Below, piece by piece: positions 53,691 to 64,000 of a stretch of DNA of 64,000 nucleotides. Location: NCBI RefSeq assembly GCF_009914755.1, contig NC_060925.1; one strand, written 5' to 3'. The DNA comes from the human T2T-CHM13v2.0 reference genome, Homo sapiens. The position numbers were made by a program, and so were the translations under genes. The notes under the pieces were generated by a model, which was not told the origin of the DNA, did no database searches, and worked only from the letters and a program-made list of their open reading frames with translations. The number at the start of each line of letters is the position of its first letter. The first letter of the stretch is position 1.

Positions 53691-55197
53691 CAGAACATCT
53701 ATGTAAACATATGTGTGAATATGTCTGTGTGTGTTCTGATAGAGAAACGTCAGAAAACATATGAAATTAGAAATATAAATAAAATTTAAAATCTTAAAAA
53801 TCATATTGTAAAATGAAAATTTAATTTTTTTAAATTTTTTGCCACCAATAGTATGATAGTAAGTTATTAAAACTGGGCTCCTTGAAATAAAATTCCTTTT
53901 GTATATATATATATTTATATATATAAAATTTACTGTCATATATGTGAAATGTAAATGTTACAAATAAAAAGTAATGTAACAAAGAATTTTCTCCAAATAA
54001 AACACAATACATTATGTTAAATGATTTTTTAATCTCAGAAACAATGCAAAGAATAAAAACACAATTTTAAAAATATTAGCAAACTTTCCAGTGACCTTCT
54101 GACATTTCAATCTAATGCAAAGACACTAACTAAATAACAGGAATTGCTTCTTCTGATGGGCAACTATATGACCTTAGCAATTTTATTACTTTACAATAGA
54201 GTCACAATAATTAAATTACAGAATATTTCAGAGGATTATGTAAATTTGGACCACTGTACCTACAGTGCCTCACTTAGAAAAGTCCACCTAGTAAAAATAC
54301 CATTATTTTAAGAAGTACTGTGATATTAATAATGCAATCTAGTGATTTCAATACAGGCTTTCAGTATTTCAGCATTCAATAATGTCATATTAATTTGAAG
54401 TCCAAAGTACTGGTAATTTTGTTAGTATAATATTGTTTTATTATTCTGACATTTATTACATCATACAAGTAAAATGAATGATTTCATTGTTCAATTTATA
54501 CAAAAAAGACAAACAGACAAATGGTCCACACATAATAAGCAAACATACTGTGGTGCTGCAAACTTGTTTTGCAGGAATAAGCCTACTCTGATGGCACATG
54601 TGTTAAGACAGTGTTGATAGGGAGAGCGGTAACTCTGCATAGGTATTTCCAAGTACACAAAACAAAAGACGGTAAATACAAACTGGAAATGTTAAAAAAA
54701 AAAAGAAATAAAAATTATGGGTCTAACTGAATTAAAAATATTCCAGTTCTTGAAAAGAAAAAAAGGTAGTAACAAAGATCTTGCATTTATGAAAAAAGTA
54801 GGATTATCTGAAGATGAAGGAATCAAAGGAAAATATCCAGAAAGAGTTTACAGTGTCCTCTACAGCGTTTCCCTGAGCAGTGTAGATGTTAAAAGAATTT
54901 CTGGAGCAGTTAGAAAAATTACAACAAAATGGAGCAAATGAAGCTTTGCTTCTTTACATCACAAATCTGTAAAATCCAAGAATATTATTTTGCTTTCAAT
55001 TATCTTAATTGTTTTTTCCACTTAATCTACTATTTTGTTTGCTATTTTAATAATACTTTAATTGACTCTGAATAATTTATACTGGAATGATGTTTAATAT
55101 TCCCATACTATGTACTATAATTTTACATTTTTGCTTTTTGCATTCCTCCTTGTAATATATTCATAAAAGTTTGTGTTTGACATGTATGAAATATTTA

Positions 55198-55468
55198 TTT
55201 ATTTTTATTTTTGTTATACTTTAAGTTCTGGGATACCTGTGCAGAAGGTGAAGGTTTGTTACATAGGTATACACGTGCCATTGTGGTTTGCTTCACCCAT
55301 CAACCCATCATCTATGTTTGGTATTTCTCCTAATGCTATCCCTCCCCTAACCCCCTCACCCTCCAACAGGCCCCAGTGTGTGATGTTGCCCTCCCTATGT
55401 CTGTGTGTTCTCCTTATTCAACTCCCACTTATGAGTGAGAACATGCGGTGTTTGGTTTTCCGTTCCTG
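55198..55468 (-). mobile_element. 5'-truncated L1PA7-like 3' end
   Basis: ttatactttaagttctgggatac...ctcccacttatgagtgagaacatgcggtgtttgg; TSD TGAAATATTTA at 55187-55197 and 55469-55479. Confidence 0.92.
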
Positions 55469-55984
55469 TGAAATATTTAGTTAGCTTTTTTTCATTGCTT
55501 CTTGATAATATTCATATAAACTACCAGAATAAATACTTACATGGTTTGGACAAATAGTGGAGGTTATTAGAATTTGAAAAATCAGTAATTTAAAATTCTT
55601 ATACATAAAAAAAATCACTGGAGGTTTTTGGACATGACCAGTTATGTTTTGCAATAAGGAAGTATGTATAGAGAGTCAAGTTATATCACTGTATTTATAT
55701 TCTAGACCAACATTAAATAAGACTATAAGCACAAAGTGAGAATCCAGAGGAGGATGCAGATGTAAGGAATACTGTTGAGGGAAAACCCACACAATTTGTC
55801 AACTCAAGACATGTGGGAAGGAGTCAGCGCCAGGCTAATATCCAAGCTTAGTTTTCTAGGATTGTGGTCCTAATATCTAAGGACTAGGAAAATGTGTGGA
55901 GAGAGAAGAGAGAAGCTTTTGGATGTGTTGCTTTTGTGGTGATGGTGAGATATCAGGTTGGCCTTATTTTTTTCTTGTATATCT

Positions 55985-56145
55985 TTTAATACAGTATTTC
56001 ACCTGTCTTTTCCCCCTTATACTAGACTCTCAGTCACTTGAGAACTAGGGCTTTGTGTTATTGGTTGGTGTTCCCGAGATCTTCATGTAACATTTAATTC
56101 TGACATCTTAATATATATGTTGTCAGGGTGAATGAACAAATGACT
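55985..56145 (+). mobile_element. L2 3' end
   Basis: cctgtcttttcccccttatactagactctcagtcacttgagaactaggg...tgaatgaacaaatga. Confidence 0.55.
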
Positions 56146-56246
56146 AAGGTAGCTTTTACTGACCATGTCTTTATCCCTGAAATTCTGACATCCTAGAGTA
56201 GGGGATCTTAAGATCAATGCTAATAAAGCTAATAAAAAGACTAGAA

Positions 56247-56418
56247 TGTTGGTTCTCAGCCCTGGATGCACACTGGAATCACTGGGAGGATTCTGAGAAA
56301 CACTAATGCTCCACCTACAGAGATTCTGATTTAATTGCCCTGGGTGGGATTCACTAAATGGTATTTTTAAACGTTCCCCCAGACAATTTGAAGTACACCC
56401 AAAGTTAAAAACTTTTGA
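56247..56418. mobile_element. MER5-type hAT-Charlie element
   Basis: tggttctcagccctggatgcacactggaatcactggg...cagagattctgatttaattg...ccaaagttaaaaac. Confidence 0.75.
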
Positions 56419-57480
56419 GCTACAGAGTAAGTGTAGGCTGGGGAAACTTGAATTTTTAATTTAGTTTAAGATTAATTTTCATATACTATATTTACCCCAA
56501 CAATCAAATCCACCCAAATTAATCTTCTCACTGTCTCTATGCAATGGAATTTAATACCTAATGGATAATGTACATAGAAGAAAGAATTGATCTTAATAGA
56601 AAATTTGACTTTTAAAATCTGTATGTAATTATCTGAGATTAGAATATTCAAAAAGAATATGTTGCAGGACCAGAAAGCAAACCATCATAATTTATGCCTG
56701 GGATTTTTATTCTATTCATGCAGTTATCTATTCATTTAACCAACATTTATATTCAATTATGTTTTTGTTGGCTAAAATTGGAATTTTAATTAGTACCAAC
56801 ATGATTCCAAATCAGGCTATTTTAAATTTTAGAATGTATTGATCCTTAATACGCATTAGGTGATTATTAACAGTATTGATTATCTGGAACCCTGGTAAGA
56901 CCTTCAAGGTCATTACGGATTTTAAATCCTCTAACTATGCTTTAAAGAGCATTACACTGCACTTACTGACTTACTAAGGGAGTGGATCCAATTGAAGTAG
57001 ACATTTCTAACTTTAATGTTCTTATTATTTTGTCTCGCTCTCTCTTTAAACACAGATATAACACATATTTCAAAGTACTTTTTACATTTTACATCTCACC
57101 AAACAGCCAATCAATATTAACTAATCCTTCTTGTTTTAGAAAGTAATTGAATGGTTTTAATATCAAATTTGTTGACTCAGCAATCCATTAATTCATTTTG
57201 GAATATTAACTGATTTCTTTTTCCTTCATAGGTTCCTGAAGTGAAAGAAGAAAGTATTTAGTTTTTTGTTTTTTTGTTTTTTTTTTTCTGAAACCTGTTT
57301 CAAAAAATCTGAAGCCTTCTGGGAATGGAAAGGACTCAGACTATACGTAAATATTTGAGAGGGCAGTTCCTTAAAATCTAAACGTGTACCACTCTCCTAC
57401 CCCCGCCCAGGCTTGCTGAGTGTACAGTAGGTAGATGGAGATGGAAAATGCTATAAACAAGTTCTCTCTCTCTCTCTCTC

Positions 57481-57598
57481 TTTTTTTTTTTTTTTTTTTT
57501 TTTTTTGAGATGGAGTCTCGCTCAGTCGCCCAGGCTGGAGTGCAGTGGCGCGCGCGATCTTTGCTCACTGCAAGCTTCGCCTTCCGGGTTCACGCCAT
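57481..57598 (-). mobile_element. Heavily 5'-truncated AluY (92 bp plus T26)
   Basis: ctgcaagcttcgccttccgggttcacgccat; flanks gttctct(ct)n and gttctctgtcttt act as the TSD. Confidence 0.9.
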
Positions 57599-57694
57599 GT
57601 TCTCTGTCTTTAGAAACATACAAGGGATGGAGTAAAGTGAGCCACGACAAAGAGGAAATCAGCCAGGAATAAGGACTATGCAATAGATGATTGC

Positions 57695-57870
57695 AAGCAT
57701 GGGCGTGAGAGCCAGGCAGCCTGGGTTAAAATCCCAGCTCTGATGCTCACCAGCTGTGTAACCCAAAGCCAGTTATTATTGTTGTCTAATTTTCCTAAAC
57801 TATAAAAACGGGAATAAATGGACTGCCCACCTCATTAAACTGTTGTAGGGATTAATAAGTTGTGGGTGCT
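57695..57870 (+). mobile_element. MIR
   Basis: gcctgggttaaaatcccagctctgatgctcaccagctgtgtaacc...ctataaaaacggg...gttgtagggattaa. Confidence 0.75.
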
Positions 57871-58477
57871 GGAAAGAAATGGAATCTTACCAAATCTCCC
57901 ATCTCCCCACATCCTTCACATTTTTTTCCTCCCTGGGTTTTTAAGATCCTGCCTCATCCTTATTCCCTCCTACCACTTTGATTATTCTTCAAACTCAGCT
58001 TGTGCAAGACCACTGTCTTTAAGAGCTGTCTTCTGGACAACTCTCAGTTTCATGGCATCCTATGAAGTCCCTACCACCTGCTTAAGAAACTTCAAGCTTT
58101 GTCTCATACTGTCTAAGCTGATTTTTTTTCATATTTCTTTGCTCAGTTCCTTTAGATGGACCTTACACTTGGATGGCTGACTAGGCTTTTGATTTGGCAT
58201 ATTTCTTCTCAGTTTTTCATTCTAGCACCGCAGTGCTTGCTGTGGATGACTGATACTCAGCCCTCTGCACTGGACCAGGCATCCCAGATTCTGCCCAGGC
58301 CCCAGGTCTGGAAGCCTCACTTTTCCCCTTGGGATGATCACACAGCCTCCAAACTAGATTTCCTTCTAGACAACCACTGCTTAAAGGATCAAGGACCCTC
58401 TGGTTTTCTTATTCCCCACATTCACCCAATCTCCTTTTCCTCCATGATTTCAACATTCATAAATAGGCTAATGGAAA

Positions 58478-58590
58478 TAATAATTTAAGGTTGATTGAGT
58501 GCTAACATGTACCAAGCACTGTATTGAGATAGATAGTATTATTTCCCTCAGTTTGCAAATGAGGAAACTGAGGCACAGAAGTGGTGGGTA
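58478..58590 (-). mobile_element. MIR fragment
   Basis: attgagtgctaacatgtaccaagcactgt...tttgcaaatgaggaaactgaggcacaga. Confidence 0.75.
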
Positions 58591-58629
58591 ATATAATCAA
58601 GTCACAAAGCAAAGGAAAGACTGACAGTC

Positions 58630-59190
<561 letters not shown>

Positions 59191-59199
59191 TATTTATTA

Positions 59200-59520
59200 T
59201 TATTATTACTGTATACTGCCTCTCATGATGTCCAAATCACTATCTTTGTTCTGAATTTCTCAAGCTCCAGGCCTATTTATCCAACTCTACTAGACACCTG
59301 CATATTTCATAAATGTCTCAACTCACTATTATCTCCCTAACTTATTATTCTAGTATAACTTACCTTGGTGAATATCACCATCACACCAAGCACAGAAGTC
59401 ACTCAAGGCTCCTCCTTTTTAATCAATTAACCTCAGACATGGATTTTCCCCATATTTTCCCAGCCTTATATCTTATCCATCTTCCTTCTGCTCACCGTTA
59501 CCTAAAGCACACTAAATTCC
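59200..59520 (+). mobile_element. L2 fragment
   Basis: tccaaatcactatct...agctccaggcctatttatccaactctactagacacc. Confidence 0.55.
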
Positions 59521-59544
59521 AGTAATTTTGAAATACTGAATGTT

Positions 59545-59945
59545 AGTTCATTTCATAAAAAAAGGAACCCCAAGGGAACCCTACTATATGCTAGGCAAGA
59601 CACTGATCATGCAAAGATGAACAGGACCTAATCTCTGCCTTCAAGAATTTCACAGTCTAATTAGGAAGACAAACACATTAACAAACAATTGAATACAATG
59701 TGGCGAGGGCTTACAAAACATACGCCAGTGTATTAAAGGAAAGTAGAAGAGAGTATGGACCACCTGGTGAAAAAGGCAATATCAGAGCTCAGTCTAATTT
59801 GACAAACAACATGGTACCAGGCTCTGTGCTAGGTGCTGGGGGTATTGTTTATGACTTGGAGAATCTATGGGAAAGGAAAGCATCAAAATATATTTTAATA
59901 TAAAGTAGTGACTGCTAAGACAGAGGGAGGCACAGCATGTTCTCA
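59545..59945 (-). mobile_element. L2 3' fragments
   Basis: cctactatatgctaggca...aaagatgaacaggacctaatctctgccttcaagaatttcacagtctaa; gtaccaggctctgtgctaggtgctgggg. Confidence 0.7.
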
Positions 59946-60482
59946 GAATGCAATCAAGATATTTGTAGTTTAGGAATAAGAAACTTGGAGAATAAGTCAG
60001 GAAGTTTAGTGATTGTTCATACAACTTCCTCTGCTTGATCTGACTTCTCTCATTTTGTTTTCCTGGAAAAACCCGTGTCTAAGACTCCAGTTATTACCTT
60101 CAGTTTGAAGCTGATCCCAAGTGCTTTTGATCCTCAATGTCCTGTCCACCCCACCCCACCCTCAGCATTTTGTCTCTCTTTGACCACTGATCTGTGAGAG
60201 CAAATGTAACTTATTTTCTCAGCTTAATTATTTACACAGCCATTTCCTCTCAATCTATTATCAAGTGTGTTGTGGAGAGTTTGCCGTAAAAAAACTCATA
60301 TTTCTTAGAGTAATCCAATGAATTATCACATTATTGTTAAATCACTTGTTACGCATATTTTCTTCATTGAACATATGAGCATTTCCCCAGTGTTTCCTAT
60401 ATGCTGAACACTGAACAATCATACCTACTAGAGCTGGTGAGCTCTGATTCATGTGGCATTTTTGTACAATCTGGAAAGGAAC

Positions 60483-60669
60483 TGTATTAGTCAGCTCAGC
60501 ACAAAATACTGTAGACTAGGTAGCATAAACAACAGAAATTTATTTTCTCACAGTTTCGGAGGGTGGAAGTTTGAGATTGGGGTGCCAGCTTGATTGGGTT
60601 CTCGTGAGCCCTCTTCCTGGCTTGCAGAGGCTGCCTTTGTGCTGTGTTTCCACATGACGCGCGCGTGTG

Positions 60670-60700
<31 letters not shown>

Positions 60701-62176
60701 GGGGAGAGAGAGAGAGAAAGAAAAAGAAAGAGAGAGAGAGAGAACTCGCAAGCTTTCCGAGGTTTCTTATAAGGGCACTAATCCTGAGGGCCTCACTCTC
60801 ATGATCTCATCTAAACCCAATTATCTTACAAAGACCCCATCTCCAAATACCGTAACACTGGAGGTAAGGGCTTCAACACAGAATCTGAGCAGGGGATGGG
60901 AGGACAGTTCAGTCCAGAGCATTCCACCCAAGACATCACCCACATGGATTTGCAGGATAGCCCCATCCTTTCCACCCTGTGGGATTGCCAGCCCCACCCC
61001 CTAGCTCTGACAGGCTTGAGTCCTCTGAGTGGTTCTGCCTCCAAAGAGCTGAGTGGAGACTGTCCAGCCTGTTGAAACTGAGGCTGTGGCTCTGGCTATC
61101 TCTGAATTGCCTTTGGGGCCATTTTTTCCTCTCCTTGAAAAATAGTGCAGGTTCACAGCCAAATAAGCAAATCAGCCCATCATGTCTAACCCAAGAAGTC
61201 TCGAAGCCTTCATTCTTTTTGTCCCATCTTCATCCCCTTCAGTTCAAACTGGCAGAATTTCTGCTCACATAATCTCATAAACTCTTATCAAATGGTTGTC
61301 CAGTCACACTCCTAGTGTTATTTTCAGAGCAAGTTTTTGTCATTTTTTAATAATGTGGATAAGCTGAGAATTTCCCAAATCTTCAAGTTCTGGTTCCTTT
61401 TTGCTGAACAATTTCTTCTTCAACTTATCTTTTTTTTTTTCATTTCAGCAGAAATGGTCAGGAGGAAACCAGCTGCTCCTTCATCATATTGCTTAGAAAT
61501 GTCAAATATTTAATTTCATCACTCACAAGTTCTACCTTCCTCAAAACACTAGAATACAGTTCACCTAAGTTTTTTGCCACTTTGTAACAAGGATCACCGT
61601 CCTTCCAGTTTCCAATAACATATTCCTCAATTCCATCTGAGGTCTCACCAGAATCACCTTTACTGTTTGTTCATATGTTTAGGATGCACCTGAAAATTCT
61701 TGAGCCTCTACTCACTATCCAATTCCAAAGTCATTTCCCCATGTTTAGGTATTAGTTACAGTAGCACCCCCATTTCTTGGTACCAAAATTTGTCTTAGTT
61801 CAGGGTGCCATAACAAAATACCATAGACTGGGTGGCTTAAATAAGATAAATTTATTATCTCACAGTTCTAGAGAATAATGTCCAAGATTACAGTACCAGC
61901 AAAGTAGATTTCACTCTGAAGCCTCTTCTGTTTTCTCATAGGTGGTTGTTATCTCACTGTGTACTCACATGACCTCTTTGTGTGCCTGTGGGGTAAGAGG
62001 GAGAGAGGGCAAGCTCTCTGGTGTTTTCTCTTTTCAGGGTACTAATCAGGAAGGCCCCACACTCTTGACCTCATCTAAACCTAGTTATCTCCCAAAGGCC
62101 CCATCTCCAAATACCATCATATTAGAGATTAGGCTTCAACATTTGATTTTGGGGGGACACGATTCAGTCCAAAGCA
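60483..62176 (-). mobile_element. Two-LTR MLT1A-type MaLR provirus (LTRs 60483-60921 and 61791-62176; ~870-bp internal region)
   Basis: Two homologous LTRs share tcatctaaacc...ccccatctccaaatacc...ggcttcaaca...ttcagtcca.agca; the internal region starts on the minus strand with ttttggtaccaagaaatgggggtgctactgtaac. Confidence 0.88.
60657..60744. repeat. (CG/TG/CA)n alternating tract followed by a polypurine mirror repeat
   Basis: 45-nt purine-pyrimidine alternation at 60657-60701; perfect purine mirror repeat at 60704-60742. Confidence 0.9.
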
Positions 62177-63263
62177 GGTGCCCTTCCTCAAGACAGTTTA
62201 TGTCCATCTGTAGGCAATTTGTCATAATAAACTAATTTTAACAGAACAGGGTGTTCCACTGTTATCTGCCAGAAAATGGTTGTAATAAATACTTAAATCT
62301 GCAAATTGTACCATGTGAATGCTCCTCTGGAGTTACACAGTAAGCAACCTGAACAATTATTCACCGTAGTCCAGGTTAATCCTTCCTTGTCCTCAACTGA
62401 CAATTTTTATGTATGGTAAGGAAAATAAATGCTTCAAAAATCTGTTAAATCAGAAATCAGAGGTTTAGATAAGTAAACTATTTACTCCAAAATTATTACA
62501 AAGAAAGACCATCTTAATAAGTAAAGAATGTAGTATATGGTTTCAATTTGACAAGACACAATAGTGTGTGACTAAAAAACTGGGCTATAAATAGAGCTTT
62601 TTGCTAAGTTTGAGTACAGTAATTATTAAGAAAATCCGTTATTTAATAAAAGCAGCTGAGAACCTGTCAGATTCAAAATCACAAGGTTGAAATTGACTAA
62701 ATAGGTCCATATGTTTGTAATCCTGTTTCCAGAAAGGACCTTCCTTAAATCGCCCAAAATAAATGAATACCTTGTTAAATACAGATGAACAATTCATACT
62801 ATAAAATATCTTCCCTAAATTTAATTTCAATCCATGGTACTTAAAATTTAACTTCGTTTCTCTTGTTCTGTCAATGTCTGAATAAATGTTGCAGCAAATA
62901 TGAAGTGCCTAGAATGTGGCAGGAACTCTGTAGATGGCAAAACAAAAATTAATTCATGTAGAACCCTTCTTATTAATGTATTTAGAATACTTTTCAGGCT
63001 TCCTTCTTTTCTGGCAAGTTACACTTTTAACTTTGTACAAGCAAATATGAATCATCAACTAGTTGATTATACAGTCTGAAATTTTCTTCTTCAAATATGA
63101 ATACAGCAGATCATAATCTTAGGTTTCTATTACAACACATACTGCAGACATGCAAGATTTAACAAGAAAGTAGTAACAATGTAAATAGCATTGCTTTCAA
63201 ATCTACAGAAAATGGCTTTCTAAGATTTGTGCCAATCATTCATTTTTAAAAATTGGGAATGCT

Positions 63264-63423
63264 GGCCAGGCGTGGTGGCTCACGCCTATAATCCCAGCAT
63301 TTTGGGAGGCTGAGGCAGGGGAATAGCTTGAATCCTGGATGCAGAGGCTGTGGTGAGTCAAGATCACGTCATTGCACTCCAGCCTGGGCAATAAGAGCGA
63401 AACACCATCTAAAAAAAAAAAAA
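63264..63423 (+). mobile_element. Monomer-length Alu (left-arm 5' fused to right-arm 3', Sq/Sp-type)
   Basis: ggccaggcgtggtggctcacgcctataatcccagcattttgggaggctgaggcaggggaatagcttgaa...caataagagcgaaac; TSD aaaa(a/g)ttgggaatgc. Confidence 0.9.
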
Positions 63424-63489
63424 AAAAGTTGGGAATGCCTAGATTTAATAATTTGAGGAAATTTTTTAAAAAGAAAATGAGCAGTGCCT

Positions 63490-63910
63490 TTTCATCACCA
63501 TGGGCTCCTTTTACCTATTCTCTTTTTCTTAATTATTTCATATCTTCTAATCTTTTCTCAATATTTTACAATAATTCTTTTTCCATTCAGCTTATCTACA
63601 CATAAAAGTATAACACATAAGAATTTCCCACAATTATCTTTTCTTTCTTTCCTTCAGATTATTTCCTTTGTCATAGATTATTTTAGATATATTAGAGAAC
63701 TTAATGTGTTTGGATTACTTCAAGAATAATTGTACATTGGCCCAATTCTGTATTGACTGGTTTTCTTCAGTTTTATGTAGTCCTACTAAAAGCAGATTTT
63801 TAAATTTTAGTTCTTAACATTTCATGTGCAGAATATTTGTGCTATTTCATGGTAGTTTTATTTTTAATTATGTTGGCGTATTTTGTGTATTTCCAGTTTT
63901 AAAATTGTAT
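63490..63910 (-). mobile_element. Degenerate old L1 fragment
   Basis: ttccattcagcttatctacacataaa...tttgtcatagattattttagatatattagagaact...tggttttcttcagtttt. Confidence 0.45.
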
Positions 63911-64000
63911 AGAAAAAAGGATCCTCAACCACTGCACTATGAGAGTAGGAGGGGTGCTCTTATTTTCCTGGCTCTTCGTCACAGCCTTCCCTCAGGAATG

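Overview
This is AT-rich, CpG-poor primate DNA (human or great ape, judged from AluY and L1PA2 copies) from an intergenic region or a large intron. I find no credible protein-coding gene, tRNA, rRNA or CRISPR array. The listed ORFs are chance ORFs or translations of Alu, L1, MaLR or microsatellite sequence. The only one with real protein identity is the C-terminal fragment of L1 ORF2p at 45264-45541. A large part of the window is transposable-element fossil: 13 Alus, L1s from L1PA2 to L1ME (including a ~5.7 kb old L1), many L2/MIR pieces, one L3/CR1, MaLR and ERVL LTRs (one two-LTR MLT1A provirus) and hAT-type DNA transposons. The most notable observations are: (1) a probable LF-SINE relic at ~7790-8060 that contains a perfect 11-bp stem, sits next to a homeobox/SOX motif cluster, and has its 3' part duplicated 1.8 kb downstream; (2) several apparent templated-insertion or repair scars; (3) an AluY+L1PA2 composite inside one outer TSD, nested in MER58A within an MLT1 LTR; (4) isolated non-B DNA and regulatory motifs. 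Repeat subfamily names come from recalled consensus sequences, not from a search, and boundaries of old repeats are approximate. I see no clear evidence of a new multi-gene biological system.
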